Source of the DNA: Bryobacterales bacterium | GTDB taxonomy: Bacteria > Acidobacteriota > Terriglobia > Bryobacterales > Bryobacteraceae | DNA length: 64,000 bases | Direction of reading: 5' to 3' | Assembly: GCA_003170295.1 (NCBI GenBank) | Contig: PNAJ01000148.1 | Location: 3,946 to 67,945, forward strand | Part shown: positions 38,823-48,898 of the stretch, in pieces | Numbering within the stretch: position 1 is the stretch's first letter | Layout: the number at the start of each line of letters is the position of its first letter | Translations under genes and position numbers: made by a program | The notes under the pieces: model-generated | The model's database searches: none | What the model was told of the DNA's origin: nothing | The model's input: the letters and a program-made list of their open reading frames with translations, nothing else

Positions 38823-39245
38823 TTACCTTTGAAGAGTGAACGGCTTAAAGAGTGTCCGCCTGTGGGACGGTAGAGGTGAAATCGGACACGCTGCGACACG
38901 AATGTCGACGCAGCACGCCTGGAGGCGCGCGCCACAAAACGGCCGAAGAATCTGATGGTTGATGATGCGGTTGGACACTCTCAATTTGGGTGTGAGCCTT
39001 CGTTGGGTGCACAAAGTCCGATGAATACCTTGGCTACTAGCCCAACGCCCATACAGCAAGGCGTTGAGCGGAGCTAGTATTGAGGCAACTGAAGTGAGAG
39101 AGGGATCGACAGTGAGGGTCGCAAGGAAAGGCGGACATAGGCCGAAGACGACGAGCGGCGGCACCTCCCAATTTGTCGGAGCGAGGTAAATGCCTATGGC
39201 GACGCAATACCCGATCGCGGCCGCTGGAAGGACGATCCTTTTCAC
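38823..39245 (-). CDS. Hypothetical small membrane protein (weak call)
   Basis: Starts 13 nt after the ABC ATPase stop. Two hydrophobic helices, then an Arg/Cys-rich tail that looks non-coding. Confidence 0.3.
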   Translation of the reverse strand: MKRIVLPAAAIGYCVAIGIYLAPTNWEVPPLVVFGLCPPFLATLTVDPSLTSVASILAPLNALLYGRWASSQGIHRTLCTQRRLTPKLRVSNRIINHQILRPFCGARLQACCVDIRVAACPISPLPSHRRTLFKPFTLQR

Positions 39246-39257
39246 AGTGCCACCACG

Positions 39258-39923
39258 TTAGTCGTTCGTGATCCAGCCGTCCACGATCTTGATGATCCGG
39301 TGGCCGCGAGCGGCGTTGGCCTCGGAATGGGTCACCTGGATGATGGTAGTGCCGCTCTCATTCAGCTTCTGGAACACGTCCATGATCTCCTTGGCCTGGC
39401 TGGAATGGAGGTTGCCCGTAGGCTCGTCGGCGAGGATCACTTTTGGATTCGCAATGATCGCGCGCGCGATCGCCACCAGTTGCTGCTGGCCGCCGGAAAG
39501 CTGGTTCGGGAATAGATCTTTCTTGCCGACCATCTGAAACCGGTCCAGCACGTCGCAGACAATACCGTCGCGATCGGACTTTTTCACGTTGCGGTAGGAG
39601 AGAGGGATATCGAGGTTCTCGTACACCGTCAGCGAGTCGAGCAGGTGATAGCTCTGGAAGACGAAGCCGAAATACTTTTTGTAGATCTCGTCGCGATCCT
39701 TTTTTTTGAGTTTATGGATCGGGTGGTCGAGAAAATTGTATTCGCCGGTCCAGGCGGAATCATGCATGCCGATCAAATGGAGGAGCGTGGATTTGCCTGC
39801 GCCGGAGGGTCCCATGATGGAGACAAACTCGCCGTCCTTGATCTCCACGTTGATGCGGCGGAGCACAAACGTTTTGGTCGGGCCGTGTTCGAAGTACTTT
39901 TCGATGTTGCGGAGGGTAATCAT
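39258..39923 (-). CDS. ABC transporter ATP-binding protein (MacB/LolD-type)
   Basis: From the internal Met [11 protein letters not shown]. Walker [10 protein letters not shown], signature LSGGQQQ and Walker B ILADEPTG. The long N-terminal extension in the track overlaps the FKBP gene and is rejected. Confidence 0.9.
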   Translation of the reverse strand: MITLRNIEKYFEHGPTKTFVLRRINVEIKDGEFVSIMGPSGAGKSTLLHLIGMHDSAWTGEYNFLDHPIHKLKKKDRDEIYKKYFGFVFQSYHLLDSLTVYENLDIPLSYRNVKKSDRDGIVCDVLDRFQMVGKKDLFPNQLSGGQQQLVAIARAIIANPKVILADEPTGNLHSSQAKEIMDVFQKLNESGTTIIQVTHSEANAARGHRIIKIVDGWITND

Positions 39924-40007
39924 AGTCAGACGAAGCCAGAATAGCGTAGATTGCACGTGAAGGGCCCAGCCCAAGCTAATGACTACACGTGGTATGTTTT
40001 CAAGACT

Positions 40008-40484
40008 ATGTTCGTTCCTGGGAATCGATGTACTGCTGCGATGCTCTTTCTGGGCGTTTTGCCAACGGGTTGTGCGAGTCGCGAGAAGCTGGCGGCGTCG
40101 ATTCCAAGCGCGCCGGGGAAGATGCACGCGCAGTACACGATGCGCTACGTCGAGGTTGCGATCGGAACGGGGAAGGTCGCCGAACCGGGCAAGATGTTTT
40201 CGGTTCACTATACAGGCTGGCTTCTGGACGGCACGAAATTCGATTCTTCGCGGGACAAGGAGAAGCCGCTCTCCTTCGAACAGGGGAAACGCAGGATGAT
40301 TCCCGGATGGGATGCCGGATTCGAAGGAATGCGTGTCGGCGGGAAACGGCGTTTGTTTATCCCCTATCAATTGGCATATGGAGAGAAGGGGCGGGGCAAG
40401 ATCCCGCCCAAGGCGGAGTTGATTTTCGACGTCGAGTTGATGGACGTGCGAGATCCACCGGCAGCGACGGAGGCGGCGAAGTAG
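40008..40484 (+). CDS. FKBP-type peptidyl-prolyl cis-trans isomerase (probable lipoprotein)
   Basis: VHYTGWLLDGTKFDSS, IPGWDAGFEGMRVGGKRRL.IP and LIFDVELMDV motifs. LPTGC lipobox. Start uncertain (39951, 40008 or 40041). Confidence 0.85.
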   Translation: MFVPGNRCTAAMLFLGVLPTGCASREKLAASIPSAPGKMHAQYTMRYVEVAIGTGKVAEPGKMFSVHYTGWLLDGTKFDSSRDKEKPLSFEQGKRRMIPGWDAGFEGMRVGGKRRLFIPYQLAYGEKGRGKIPPKAELIFDVELMDVRDPPAATEAAK

Positions 40485-40796
40485 CTACACAGTTTCGCTG
40501 ATTTGAAATTGCGGCTGGATGTCGGTGAAGTTCGGAATATCGGCCTGCAACTCCGCACCGTGAGCTGCCATGCCGTCCTGGAAATCGCTCACCGTTTCGA
40601 AATAGAGATTCCCGATGCACGCGAACACCGGTTCAGACCCGGGACCCAGGCCCGACAATCCTTGCTGGATTTCATAGCGCGTGATGCCGTGGCTCGCTAG
40701 CCGGTCCATCACCAGCGGGCGATGCTTCCGCTCATAATAGACCTGGTCAAATCGCTTACCAGGTCCATTGGGATAAAAAACGGAGACACAGATCAT
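40485..40796 (-). CDS. EthD-family protein (TIGR02118-like)
   Basis: MICVSVFYPNG.G..FD..YY...H..L pattern. 103 aa. Confidence 0.75.
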   Translation of the reverse strand: MICVSVFYPNGPGKRFDQVYYERKHRPLVMDRLASHGITRYEIQQGLSGLGPGSEPVFACIGNLYFETVSDFQDGMAAHGAELQADIPNFTDIQPQFQISETV

Positions 40797-40801
40797 ATTC
40801 T

Positions 40802-42265
40802 TTAAACCAGTTTCCCTTTGAGTAACGTATTTACCGCTGCGGGGTCCGCTTGGCCGCGGCTGGCCTTCATTACTTGACCGACCAGGAATGCGATCACCGT
40901 TTGCTTGCCGCCGCGATACTGCTCCACCTGCTTGGGATTCGCGGCGATCACTTCATCGACGATTTTTTCGAGCGCGCCGGTGTCACTGATCTGATGCAGG
41001 CCTTCGCGTTCGGCGATGACGTCGGCCGCGTCGCCCGACGACAACATCTTGGGAAGGATCTCTTTGGCGATTTTGCCGCTGATTTTTCCCTGCGCAATCA
41101 GCTTGATCAATCCACCGAGATTTTCCGCGCTTACTGGCGACTCGATAATCTCGGTGCCCTGCTCCTTCAGCAACGCCGCAAGATCGCCCATCACCCAATT
41201 CGCAGCCGCCCGCGCATCACCGGAAACGGCCGCGGTCTTTTCGAAATAGTCGCCGGTGACGCGCGTTGCCGTCAGGACATCGGCGTTGTATTCGGTCAAC
41301 GCGTACTGTTCGATAAAGCGCTCGCGGCGCGCCGCAGGCAGCTCCGGCATGTCACTACGAATGCGAGCCATCCAGGATTCACTGACTCGCAGAGGAACCA
41401 AATCAGGTTCCGGGAAGTAGCGATAATCGTGAGCGCTTTCCTTACTGCGCATGGAGACTGTCTCACCCGTCTCGACGTTGAACAGACGCGTTTCCTGCGT
41501 TACCCGTCCCCCGGTTTCGATCAGATCGACCTGCCGCTCGATTTCATGGTCTAGCGCCATTTTTAGAAACCGGAATGAGTTGAGATTCTTCACCTCGGCC
41601 TTGGTCCCGAATTTCTCCGCGCCGCGCAGCCGCACACTGACATTCGCATCGCAGCGAAGATGGCCTTTTTCCATGTCGCAACTCGACACTTCCACGTATT
41701 GCAAAATCTGCTTCAACTGGGTGAGGAACGCGAACGCTTCGTCAGAGCTGCGAATATCCGGCTCCGTCACAATTTCGATCAGCGGGGTGCCACTGCGATT
41801 TAAATCCACATAAGTATACCGGCTCGAGTCTCTAAAACCGTCGTGAATGCTCTTGCCCGCGTCGTCTTCCATGTGGACGCGCGTGATCCCGATGCGCTTC
41901 TTCGCGCCCTCCACTTCGACCTCGACAAACCCTCGCTCGGCGAGCGGCTGATCGTACTGCGAAATCTGATAACCCTTGGGAAGATCCGGATAAAAGTAGT
42001 TTTTCCGCGCGAAAATCGATTTCGGATTCACCGTGCAGTGGAGAGCGAGGGCTGCTTCGATCCCCAACTCCACGGCCTGCCGGCTCAACACCGGAAGAGC
42101 GCCGGGGAGACCGAGACAGACCGGACAGACGTTCGTATTCGGCGGCGCGCCGAAGCTGGTGGGGCACCCGCAAAAGATTTTCGTCCGCGTCGCGAGCTGG
42201 ACGTGCACCTCCAGTCCAATCACGGGTTCGTACTTAGCCATCAGATCGGGCGCAATGCTCGGCAT
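40802..42265 (-). CDS. gatB: Asp-tRNA(Asn)/Glu-tRNA(Gln) amidotransferase subunit B
   Basis: YEPVIGLEVHVQL, CPVCLGLPGALP and NVSVR motifs, plus a C-terminal GatB_Yqey tail. Confidence 0.95.
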   Translation of the reverse strand: MPSIAPDLMAKYEPVIGLEVHVQLATRTKIFCGCPTSFGAPPNTNVCPVCLGLPGALPVLSRQAVELGIEAALALHCTVNPKSIFARKNYFYPDLPKGYQISQYDQPLAERGFVEVEVEGAKKRIGITRVHMEDDAGKSIHDGFRDSSRYTYVDLNRSGTPLIEIVTEPDIRSSDEAFAFLTQLKQILQYVEVSSCDMEKGHLRCDANVSVRLRGAEKFGTKAEVKNLNSFRFLKMALDHEIERQVDLIETGGRVTQETRLFNVETGETVSMRSKESAHDYRYFPEPDLVPLRVSESWMARIRSDMPELPAARRERFIEQYALTEYNADVLTATRVTGDYFEKTAAVSGDARAAANWVMGDLAALLKEQGTEIIESPVSAENLGGLIKLIAQGKISGKIAKEILPKMLSSGDAADVIAEREGLHQISDTGALEKIVDEVIAANPKQVEQYRGGKQTVIAFLVGQVMKASRGQADPAAVNTLLKGKLV

Positions 42266-42308
42266 GAGATTTTTTCATTATAGCGGCGCGCTCGGCGATC
42301 CTAAGAGT

Positions 42309-42334
42309 CTCCGCTCCCTGTGGTCGCGGCTCGG
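42309..42334 (+). repeat. REP family 2 arm
   Basis: CTCCGCTCCCTGTGGTCGCGGCTCGG. Confidence 0.85.
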
Positions 42335-42358
42335 CTTAATGTGCGATAATTCCGGGAA

Positions 42359-44758
42359 TTGGTTTCCGACATTAAGTTCGCTTTCCGGATGCTATTCCGG
42401 ACGCCTGCTTTCAGTTTTGCCGCTGCCATGGTCCTGGCTTTAGGGCTGGGCGCCACCACCGCAATCTTCACGCTCGTCGAGCGCCTTCTGCTGTCTCCTC
42501 TGCCCTATCCGGACGCGGATCGTCTGGTATGGATCTGGAACGTGCCGCCTCGTGCGGGGGCGGGACTGCGCAGCCTTTTTGGCGCCGATGTCAATGAAAT
42601 ACGCCGTGAATCGCGGGATTTCGAAAGCCTGGCGGGAACTTTTCGGGGCACCTGGAACGTCACCGGCCTGGGCGAGCCGTTCCGCCTTGCGGGAGTTCGT
42701 GTGACCGCCGATTTCTTTACGACCCTGGGGATCCAGCCGAAGATCGGACGGGTTTTTTTGCCGGAGGAGTATCGACTCGGGCATGAAATGGTTGCGATCT
42801 TCAGCTACTCTTTCTGGCAAAATCGCCTCGGCGGGGATCCGAATATTGTTGGACGGCGAATTTCAATGGACGGAATTCCCTTTGAGATTGTCGGCGTGAT
42901 GCCGCGTGAATTCGCGCTCGCCGCCGACAACGATTTGTGGGCACCGCTGCCGCCGGAGTCGCCGTTCGTAGTGGGACGAAAGTGGCGATGGCTCAAGACC
43001 TGCGGCCGTTTGAAGCCCGGCGTCGAGCCACGGCAGGCCCAAGCGGAAATGAACAACATCGCCCGGGACCTGGCCTCGCGATACCCGGAGGACCGCGGCT
43101 ATGGTCTCAAACTCGTGACCTTTTTCGAACAGGAAGTAGGTTCCGTCCGCCAGACGATTTGGATCTTCGCCGCGGCGGTGGGGTGTGTTCTACTGATCGC
43201 GTGCGCGAATGTGGCGAGTCTCCTTCTCGCGCGCGGCGCGGCCCGCGTACGGGAGATGGCGATTCGTGCCGCCGTGGGCGCGAGCCGCGGCGAACTCATC
43301 CGGCAACTTCTTATTGAAAGCGGTTTGCTCGCGATCGCGGGAGTCCTGCTGGGCGTGCCTCTGGCAATCTTCGGAGTACGATTGTTGATCGCATTCGATC
43401 CGCAAGCGCTTCCCCGCGCCCAGGAAATTCACGTGGACGTTCGTATTCTGGTGTTCTCGTTCCTTATGGCTTTGGTAACAGCGCTGATTTTCGGAATCGT
43501 TCCCGCGATGCGCGGATCGCGCGCCGGACTCAGAGCCATGTTGACGGAAGGCGGACGCGGAGGCGCGGGAGGACGAAGTGGGAATCGCTTTCGATCCGCC
43601 CTGGTTGTGACGGAGGTGGCGCTCTGCGTTACCCTGCTGGCTTCCGCGGGATTGCTCGCGCGCAGCTACCGCCGGCTGATGGAAGTCCGCCCGGGTTACA
43701 ACATTTCGAGCGTCGTAACGATGCTGATCGCACCAAGTGACGTTCGCTACCGCGATTTAGCAAAGTGCGAGAAGTTCTTCGAGCGCGTGCTGACGCAACT
43801 GGAACAAATGCCCGCCGTGGATAGCGCGGGGACCACGAATTTCCTGCCCTTGGTGAAGGATCAGCAGACCGTCGGGATCTGGCTCGATTCGCAGCCGGTC
43901 CATTCCGACGACACGAAAATCGTTCTCGATAACCGCGTTGTCTCGCCGCATTACTTCCGCGCCATGGGCGTTCCCCTCCTCGCCGGAAGGTTCTTCGAAT
44001 GGACCGACCGCACCGATTCGGCAAAGGTCGTGATCGTCAACGACGCGTTTGCGCATCAGTTCTTCCCGCGCGGCGACGCGCTCGGCAAGCGAGTCACTCT
44101 AGATCTCGGCTTCCCATGGACCGGAGAGATTGTCGGGGTGGTGGGCAGTTTTCGGGAAACCAATATAGCGGAGGAGCCACGGCGCGAGTTGTTCACCGCC
44201 TATTCTCAGACCGTCATTCCCGCAAGCACGCTGGTGCTGCGGTCGAATGGCAGTACGGCCGATACTATCAGCGCAGTCCGCCGCGCGATCGACGCCGTCG
44301 ATCCGGATATTGCATTCTCTAACGTCCGCACGATGAAGCAGCAGGTGGAGGATTCATTGGCGCAGCCGAGATTGCGCAGTATGCTGCTCGCGGTGTTCTC
44401 TTTTGTGGCGTTGATCCTCGCCTCATTGGGAGTCTATGGGGTGATCGCATGCTCGGTCGCCGAACGAAAGCGCGAAATTGGAATTCGCATCGCGGTGGGA
44501 GCGGAACCATCCGAAATTAGAGCCATGGTGCTGGGGCAGGGACTGAAGCTAACCGCCATCGGGCTGGTGCTGGGCCTTGCCGGCGCCGCGGCCGCGGCAC
44601 GATTGATCGAAGGCTTCCTGTTCGGCGTTCGTGCGAGCGATCCATTCACCTACGTGGCTACGTGCGCCGTGTTCATCGCGGTCGCGCTCCTTGCCAGTTA
44701 TCTACCAGCGCGGCGCGCGATGCGCGTCGATCCGATGGCGGCGTTGCGCGAGGAGTGA
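42359..44758 (+). CDS. ADOP-family duplicated MacB/FtsX-type permease
   Basis: N-terminal FAFRMLFRTPAFSFAAAMVLALGLGA, two MacB_PCD plus FtsX halves and a C-terminal RRAMRVDPMAALREE. TTG start. Confidence 0.9.
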   Translation: MVSDIKFAFRMLFRTPAFSFAAAMVLALGLGATTAIFTLVERLLLSPLPYPDADRLVWIWNVPPRAGAGLRSLFGADVNEIRRESRDFESLAGTFRGTWNVTGLGEPFRLAGVRVTADFFTTLGIQPKIGRVFLPEEYRLGHEMVAIFSYSFWQNRLGGDPNIVGRRISMDGIPFEIVGVMPREFALAADNDLWAPLPPESPFVVGRKWRWLKTCGRLKPGVEPRQAQAEMNNIARDLASRYPEDRGYGLKLVTFFEQEVGSVRQTIWIFAAAVGCVLLIACANVASLLLARGAARVREMAIRAAVGASRGELIRQLLIESGLLAIAGVLLGVPLAIFGVRLLIAFDPQALPRAQEIHVDVRILVFSFLMALVTALIFGIVPAMRGSRAGLRAMLTEGGRGGAGGRSGNRFRSALVVTEVALCVTLLASAGLLARSYRRLMEVRPGYNISSVVTMLIAPSDVRYRDLAKCEKFFERVLTQLEQMPAVDSAGTTNFLPLVKDQQTVGIWLDSQPVHSDDTKIVLDNRVVSPHYFRAMGVPLLAGRFFEWTDRTDSAKVVIVNDAFAHQFFPRGDALGKRVTLDLGFPWTGEIVGVVGSFRETNIAEEPRRELFTAYSQTVIPASTLVLRSNGSTADTISAVRRAIDAVDPDIAFSNVRTMKQQVEDSLAQPRLRSMLLAVFSFVALILASLGVYGVIACSVAERKREIGIRIAVGAEPSEIRAMVLGQGLKLTAIGLVLGLAGAAAAARLIEGFLFGVRASDPFTYVATCAVFIAVALLASYLPARRAMRVDPMAALREE

Positions 44759-44768
44759 GGGAGTCGAG

Positions 44769-44849
44769 CTCCGCTCCCTGTGGTCGCGGCTCGGTAGAGC
44801 AACTGATAACAGGTAGCCTTCGATACCGAGCCGCGACCATAGGGAGCGG
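44769..44849. repeat. REP family 2 inverted doublet (REPIN-like) between convergent genes
   Basis: CTCCGCTCCCTGTGGTCGCGGCTCGGTA (44769-44796) and TACCGAGCCGCGACCATAGGGAGCGG (44824-44849). Confidence 0.9.
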
Positions 44850-44853
44850 TGTG

Positions 44854-45645
44854 CTAGCGTCCGCTGAAGTTCGGCGCCCGCTTTTCGAGGAACGCGCGCA
44901 CGCCCTCGCGATGATCGTCGGTCTCCCCGCAGCGCAGATGCGTCTCCGGCTCGCGATCGAGCAGGGTGCGAAAATCGACCGCCGCCGCCAGGTTGACGTT
45001 CGCCTTCATGTACCGATAGCTCGTAAGCGGTCCCTGCGCGATTCTCGCTGCGACAGCCGTCGTTTCCGCCGAAAGAGTCTCCGGTTCCACTACTCGATTG
45101 ACGAGCCCGATCCGATGAGCTTCGGCCGCGTCGAGAGCATCGGCGAGGAAGAACATCTCCTTGGCCTTAGGCGCGCCCGCGTAGTGCGTGAGCAGCCAGG
45201 TGGTTCCAAAATCGCCTCCGTAGCCGACCTTCGCGTAGGCTGTTCCGAATTTCGCCGCACTCGATGCGATGCGCAGATCGCAGGCGAGCGCGATACCGAG
45301 TCCAGCGCCCATGGCGAATCCGTTCACCGAAGCGATGGTCACCTTGGGGCTGCTGTAGAGCAGCCACGAGATCTCCTGCAGATCGCGCAGACCGTCGATC
45401 TTCTGCTCGAGCGTCGATGGATCGTTCTCGCGAGCCATCATGCTCACGTCGCCTCCGGCACAAAACGCGCGGCCCGAACCGGTGACGACGATCGCGCCGA
45501 TTCCGGGATCGCGCGACCATTTTTTCAAAACCTCGCCCGCCTCCACGAGTAACTGCACATTTACGGCGTTCAATTTCTCCGGACGATGGAGAGTCAGCGT
45601 GGCCACGCGGTCACGCACTTCGGTCAGAACGACTGTTTCGGACAT
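44854..45645 (-). CDS. Enoyl-CoA hydratase/isomerase family protein
   Basis: FCAGGD, NG.A.GAG..LALACD and other crotonase-fold motifs. Confidence 0.85.
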   Translation of the reverse strand: MSETVVLTEVRDRVATLTLHRPEKLNAVNVQLLVEAGEVLKKWSRDPGIGAIVVTGSGRAFCAGGDVSMMARENDPSTLEQKIDGLRDLQEISWLLYSSPKVTIASVNGFAMGAGLGIALACDLRIASSAAKFGTAYAKVGYGGDFGTTWLLTHYAGAPKAKEMFFLADALDAAEAHRIGLVNRVVEPETLSAETTAVAARIAQGPLTSYRYMKANVNLAAAVDFRTLLDREPETHLRCGETDDHREGVRAFLEKRAPNFSGR

Positions 45646-45669
45646 GAAGTGAATATATCAGTGAACATA

Positions 45670-46284
45670 TTAGTGTGCAGCGCCACCGAGGCGGCCCGCT
45701 GCGAACAGCCGCTTGTCCATGGGAGCGACCCTCCGCAACATTGTCTTGCTGAGCAGCGGCGTGTGGCTGATCTCACACAGGTAGTTGGGGACCACCCACA
45801 CGTCTTGTTCCGAAGTCATCCAACCGCGCCGGTCGAATTGCCGCAAGTTGACCGGCCTGGAATACGCGCGCAGCGTTTTCTCGCCCGCCGGATTGAAGTA
45901 GTGCTCGAAGTAACTCATCACCAGTTCGCGGATGTTGCGGTACACCGGCTCGCGCGAGCGAAGCCCCGAATAGTCGGACTTTGCCACGGCGCCCCAATGA
46001 CCGTTGCTGCGATAGACGGCCAACACGTGGTCGGTATCACGCACGGCTTCGAGATCGACCAGCAGCGGCGGATGTCCCAGCCGCCTCAACGCGACCGCAG
46101 CCAGCATCGCGCCCTCCATGCAGTGCGCGACACCTTTGCGCAGCACTGTTCGCGGCGAATAGCAGGTGTCGCCACCCGGTTCCAGGTTGTAGCCGATTTC
46201 GTCGTCGAGAAATTTCTGGATCCTGGCCGGGGTTGTGAGCCGTTCGAAGATCTTCCGTTCCCGGGCGTTGAAGTGATGAAGCAT
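45670..46284 (-). CDS. Hypothetical protein, transglutaminase-like Cys-His-Asp core
   Basis: GVAHCMEGAML (Cys), DHVLAVY (His) and HWGAVAKSD, arranged as in the papain/transglutaminase-like fold. Confidence 0.55.
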   Translation of the reverse strand: MLHHFNARERKIFERLTTPARIQKFLDDEIGYNLEPGGDTCYSPRTVLRKGVAHCMEGAMLAAVALRRLGHPPLLVDLEAVRDTDHVLAVYRSNGHWGAVAKSDYSGLRSREPVYRNIRELVMSYFEHYFNPAGEKTLRAYSRPVNLRQFDRRGWMTSEQDVWVVPNYLCEISHTPLLSKTMLRRVAPMDKRLFAAGRLGGAAH

Positions 46285-46327
46285 CCTCGTCAGGTTAGCG
46301 CATTGTTGTTATACTCACGGATGTCGT

Positions 46328-46630
46328 ATGCGAGAACCGCGTTTAGGGGATATTATCGATGATTTTTGCGTGAAATGCCGCCGGTTAACAAACCATGCGA
46401 TCGTTTCCCTCATGAACGGCGCCGCCGCCAAAGTGCGGTGCCGCACCTGTTATAGCGACCACGATTTTCGAAATGAGATCGCGCCGCCCACCAAGAAGGA
46501 GTTGCTGAAGCAGAAAGAGCTGTACGCAGCGGTGCTGGCTGGCGTGGCGCCGGCGGACCCGGTAAAAGAAGAGCTTGCCGAGCCTGAGACCGCGACGGGG
46601 CCCGTCAAGAAAAAGAAGGCGAAGGGCTAG
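46328..46630 (+). CDS. Small zinc-ribbon-like protein with Lys-rich tail
   Basis: CVKC...17 aa...CRTC Cys pairs. 100 aa. Confidence 0.5.
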   Translation: MREPRLGDIIDDFCVKCRRLTNHAIVSLMNGAAAKVRCRTCYSDHDFRNEIAPPTKKELLKQKELYAAVLAGVAPADPVKEELAEPETATGPVKKKKAKG

Positions 46631-48846
46631 CTTTTTCGCAGTTCTTTCTGGATGTCCGTGATCACGACATCGTTCCCGTCGTTCGTCAAGTCCTTGTGCA
46701 ACCTGCGGAGCGCGACCCCCACCACATCGCGATGATGGAGCCGGGATCCGAGCGCGTCCGAGGCCGCCAGCCGCAGCCATATTTCATGCAGTAGATCCAC
46801 GTCCTCAGGCCACATCCGCGGCGGATGCGGACCCAGGTTCACATAGGTCGACGGACGATCCGGGCTGATCACTTCGAGCGAGAAGGGATGCCTCGGCTCG
46901 GGCAGCGATTCCCAGGCCAAGCCCAATTGGCGGGCTAATTCGTCCGATTCCATCCGAGCGCTGACGCCGGTGACCAGCCTGGATGCCTTCAGCCCGTTCG
47001 CCGCTTGCGCCAGCGCATCGAAAGGATTCACCGCCGGCACCACCAGCAACTCGACAGGCTTGCCTTCCTTCTCCGCCATCTCGACGACGTGGCTGAACAG
47101 CTCTTTCTCGTAATCGCTGAACAGTTGCTCTTCGGACAGATCGTATTCGCCCGCTCCCGTGGAGATCGGACGCACCGTCATCACCACGATGTCGTGCCGG
47201 CGCAGGTTCGTCTTATCGAGCACACGCTTCAGGTGCTCCATGCGATGGTAGTCGCGCACCGCAACCAACACGCATCCCGGGCGCGCCCGCAGACTCGAAG
47301 CATCGATCTGCGCCTGATGCTCCAGGTTGAACTGCTCCAGCCCTTTTTTCTCGCAGTCTTTGTTCCGCTGGTTAATCTTCTCGGAAATTTCGAAAATGAT
47401 GAAAAACGCAATGGTGAACGCGACGCCATATTTGGTCGCGACCTGCTTAGAGAAAAGGTTCGCAACCGCGACCAGACCCAGCACCAGCGTGGTCAGACCC
47501 AGACCGATCGGGATCTCGACGCCGCGAATATGAATGTTGAATGGAAATTTGTATTCCTGGTCGGTTCGGTGAAACCGCAGCACCATCACGCCCAGCGACT
47601 TCATGAAGAAGCTCCACACCACGCCGAACGCATAGGCTTCCGCGAGCACGGTCATGTTTCCGCGGCTGCCGATGATGGTGGCGATTTGCATCAGCGCGAT
47701 CATGTTGATGATCCGCGACGTGGTTCCAAACTTCGCGTGCGGTTTGCGAAACCAGGGCAGCAGCACACCGTCTTCGGCGACGCGATTCAGCACGCCGTTG
47801 GCGCCGATGATCGAGGTATTCACCGCTCCGGCCAGAATCAAACCACCTACCGCGACGACGAAAATATGGAATCCCAACCTCGCCAGATAGGGCCCGCTGA
47901 GGCTCATGGCCAGTCCGCCGATCAGGTTGTCGAAGTACTTCGGCCGGTCCGCGTCGGGGATGATCATTCCTGCGAAAACCGTCACAACGCCCGTGCAAAT
48001 CACCGCGTACCAGCACACGATATTTGCCGTGATTCTCAGATTCTTCAACTTCGGATAGGCGATCTCGCGGTAGACCTGCGCCAGCGTCTCAAATCCGCTC
48101 ATCGAAAGCAGCGAGTGTCCGAAGGCGATGATGATCGCCACCATCGGAATCTGGATCCAGAACGTTCCTTTAAACCAGCCTTGCGCGTCGGGAGAAAAGT
48201 TAAGATTCGATGCGATGGGCGCCGGTGGAAGATGCCAGCGATCCTTCAACAGAATCGTGATGGGACACCAGATCAGCAGGATCACCACCATCACCGTTGT
48301 GATCTGCATGATTCGCAGCGCCTTGCCGCTCGATTCGTGAACGCCCTTGATGTTTTGCCACCAGAAATAAATCGTCACCAGCACGGCGGCCGCGGCGGCG
48401 AACATGTTCACGTTGATGCGGTAGTTGGAATGCAGCAGCTCGCTGATTTCGTTCAATAACGCGGCCAGATACAATCCTGCGCTCACCACGCTAATCGGAC
48501 CGGTAAGAATGTAGTCGAACACCAGCGAGGAGACTGAGAACTTCGCTAGTATCGGCCCCATGCTGTCCCGCACCACGACGTATACGCCGCCGCGTACGAA
48601 CATGCTGCAGCTCTCCATGTATACGCTGCGTACGGCGAAGCTGAACAGCATCACGCCCAGCACGAACCAGGGCGCGGATTTACCGATCGCCTGCTCGGCG
48701 GCGCCTCCGGCATAGAACGCGGAAGACGCGAGATCGCTCAAAACAATGGAAGCGCCGCGCCAGAAACTGATAAAGGAAAGCGCTACCGTTGTCGCGACCA
48801 CTACTCTCGGGGCGACAGACGGTAGGCGGCCGTCGGTGGATGACAT
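46627..48846 (-). CDS. APC-superfamily amino acid permease with C-terminal cytoplasmic (USP-like) domain
   Basis: About 12 TM helices followed by about 230 soluble residues (VLVAVRDYH...VVMTVR). Confidence 0.85.
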   Translation of the reverse strand: MSSTDGRLPSVAPRVVVATTVALSFISFWRGASIVLSDLASSAFYAGGAAEQAIGKSAPWFVLGVMLFSFAVRSVYMESCSMFVRGGVYVVVRDSMGPILAKFSVSSLVFDYILTGPISVVSAGLYLAALLNEISELLHSNYRINVNMFAAAAAVLVTIYFWWQNIKGVHESSGKALRIMQITTVMVVILLIWCPITILLKDRWHLPPAPIASNLNFSPDAQGWFKGTFWIQIPMVAIIIAFGHSLLSMSGFETLAQVYREIAYPKLKNLRITANIVCWYAVICTGVVTVFAGMIIPDADRPKYFDNLIGGLAMSLSGPYLARLGFHIFVVAVGGLILAGAVNTSIIGANGVLNRVAEDGVLLPWFRKPHAKFGTTSRIINMIALMQIATIIGSRGNMTVLAEAYAFGVVWSFFMKSLGVMVLRFHRTDQEYKFPFNIHIRGVEIPIGLGLTTLVLGLVAVANLFSKQVATKYGVAFTIAFFIIFEISEKINQRNKDCEKKGLEQFNLEHQAQIDASSLRARPGCVLVAVRDYHRMEHLKRVLDKTNLRRHDIVVMTVRPISTGAGEYDLSEEQLFSDYEKELFSHVVEMAEKEGKPVELLVVPAVNPFDALAQAANGLKASRLVTGVSARMESDELARQLGLAWESLPEPRHPFSLEVISPDRPSTYVNLGPHPPRMWPEDVDLLHEIWLRLAASDALGSRLHHRDVVGVALRRLHKDLTNDGNDVVITDIQKELRKS

Positions 48847-48898
48847 TCTCTGACTTAGTGTAACGGCTTTTGGACGCGTCCAAAATTACACCCAGGGA

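Noticed and set aside
39924-40370. N-terminal 149-aa extension of the MacB-type ATPase ORF
   Set aside because: The extension overlaps the FKBP gene on the other strand and has no homology-like features. The canonical ABC N-terminus starts at the Met at 39923.
47005-48459. 484-aa plus-strand ORF
   Set aside because: It is antisense to the APC permease. Its His/Arg/Asp-rich composition is typical of antisense frames in GC-rich DNA.
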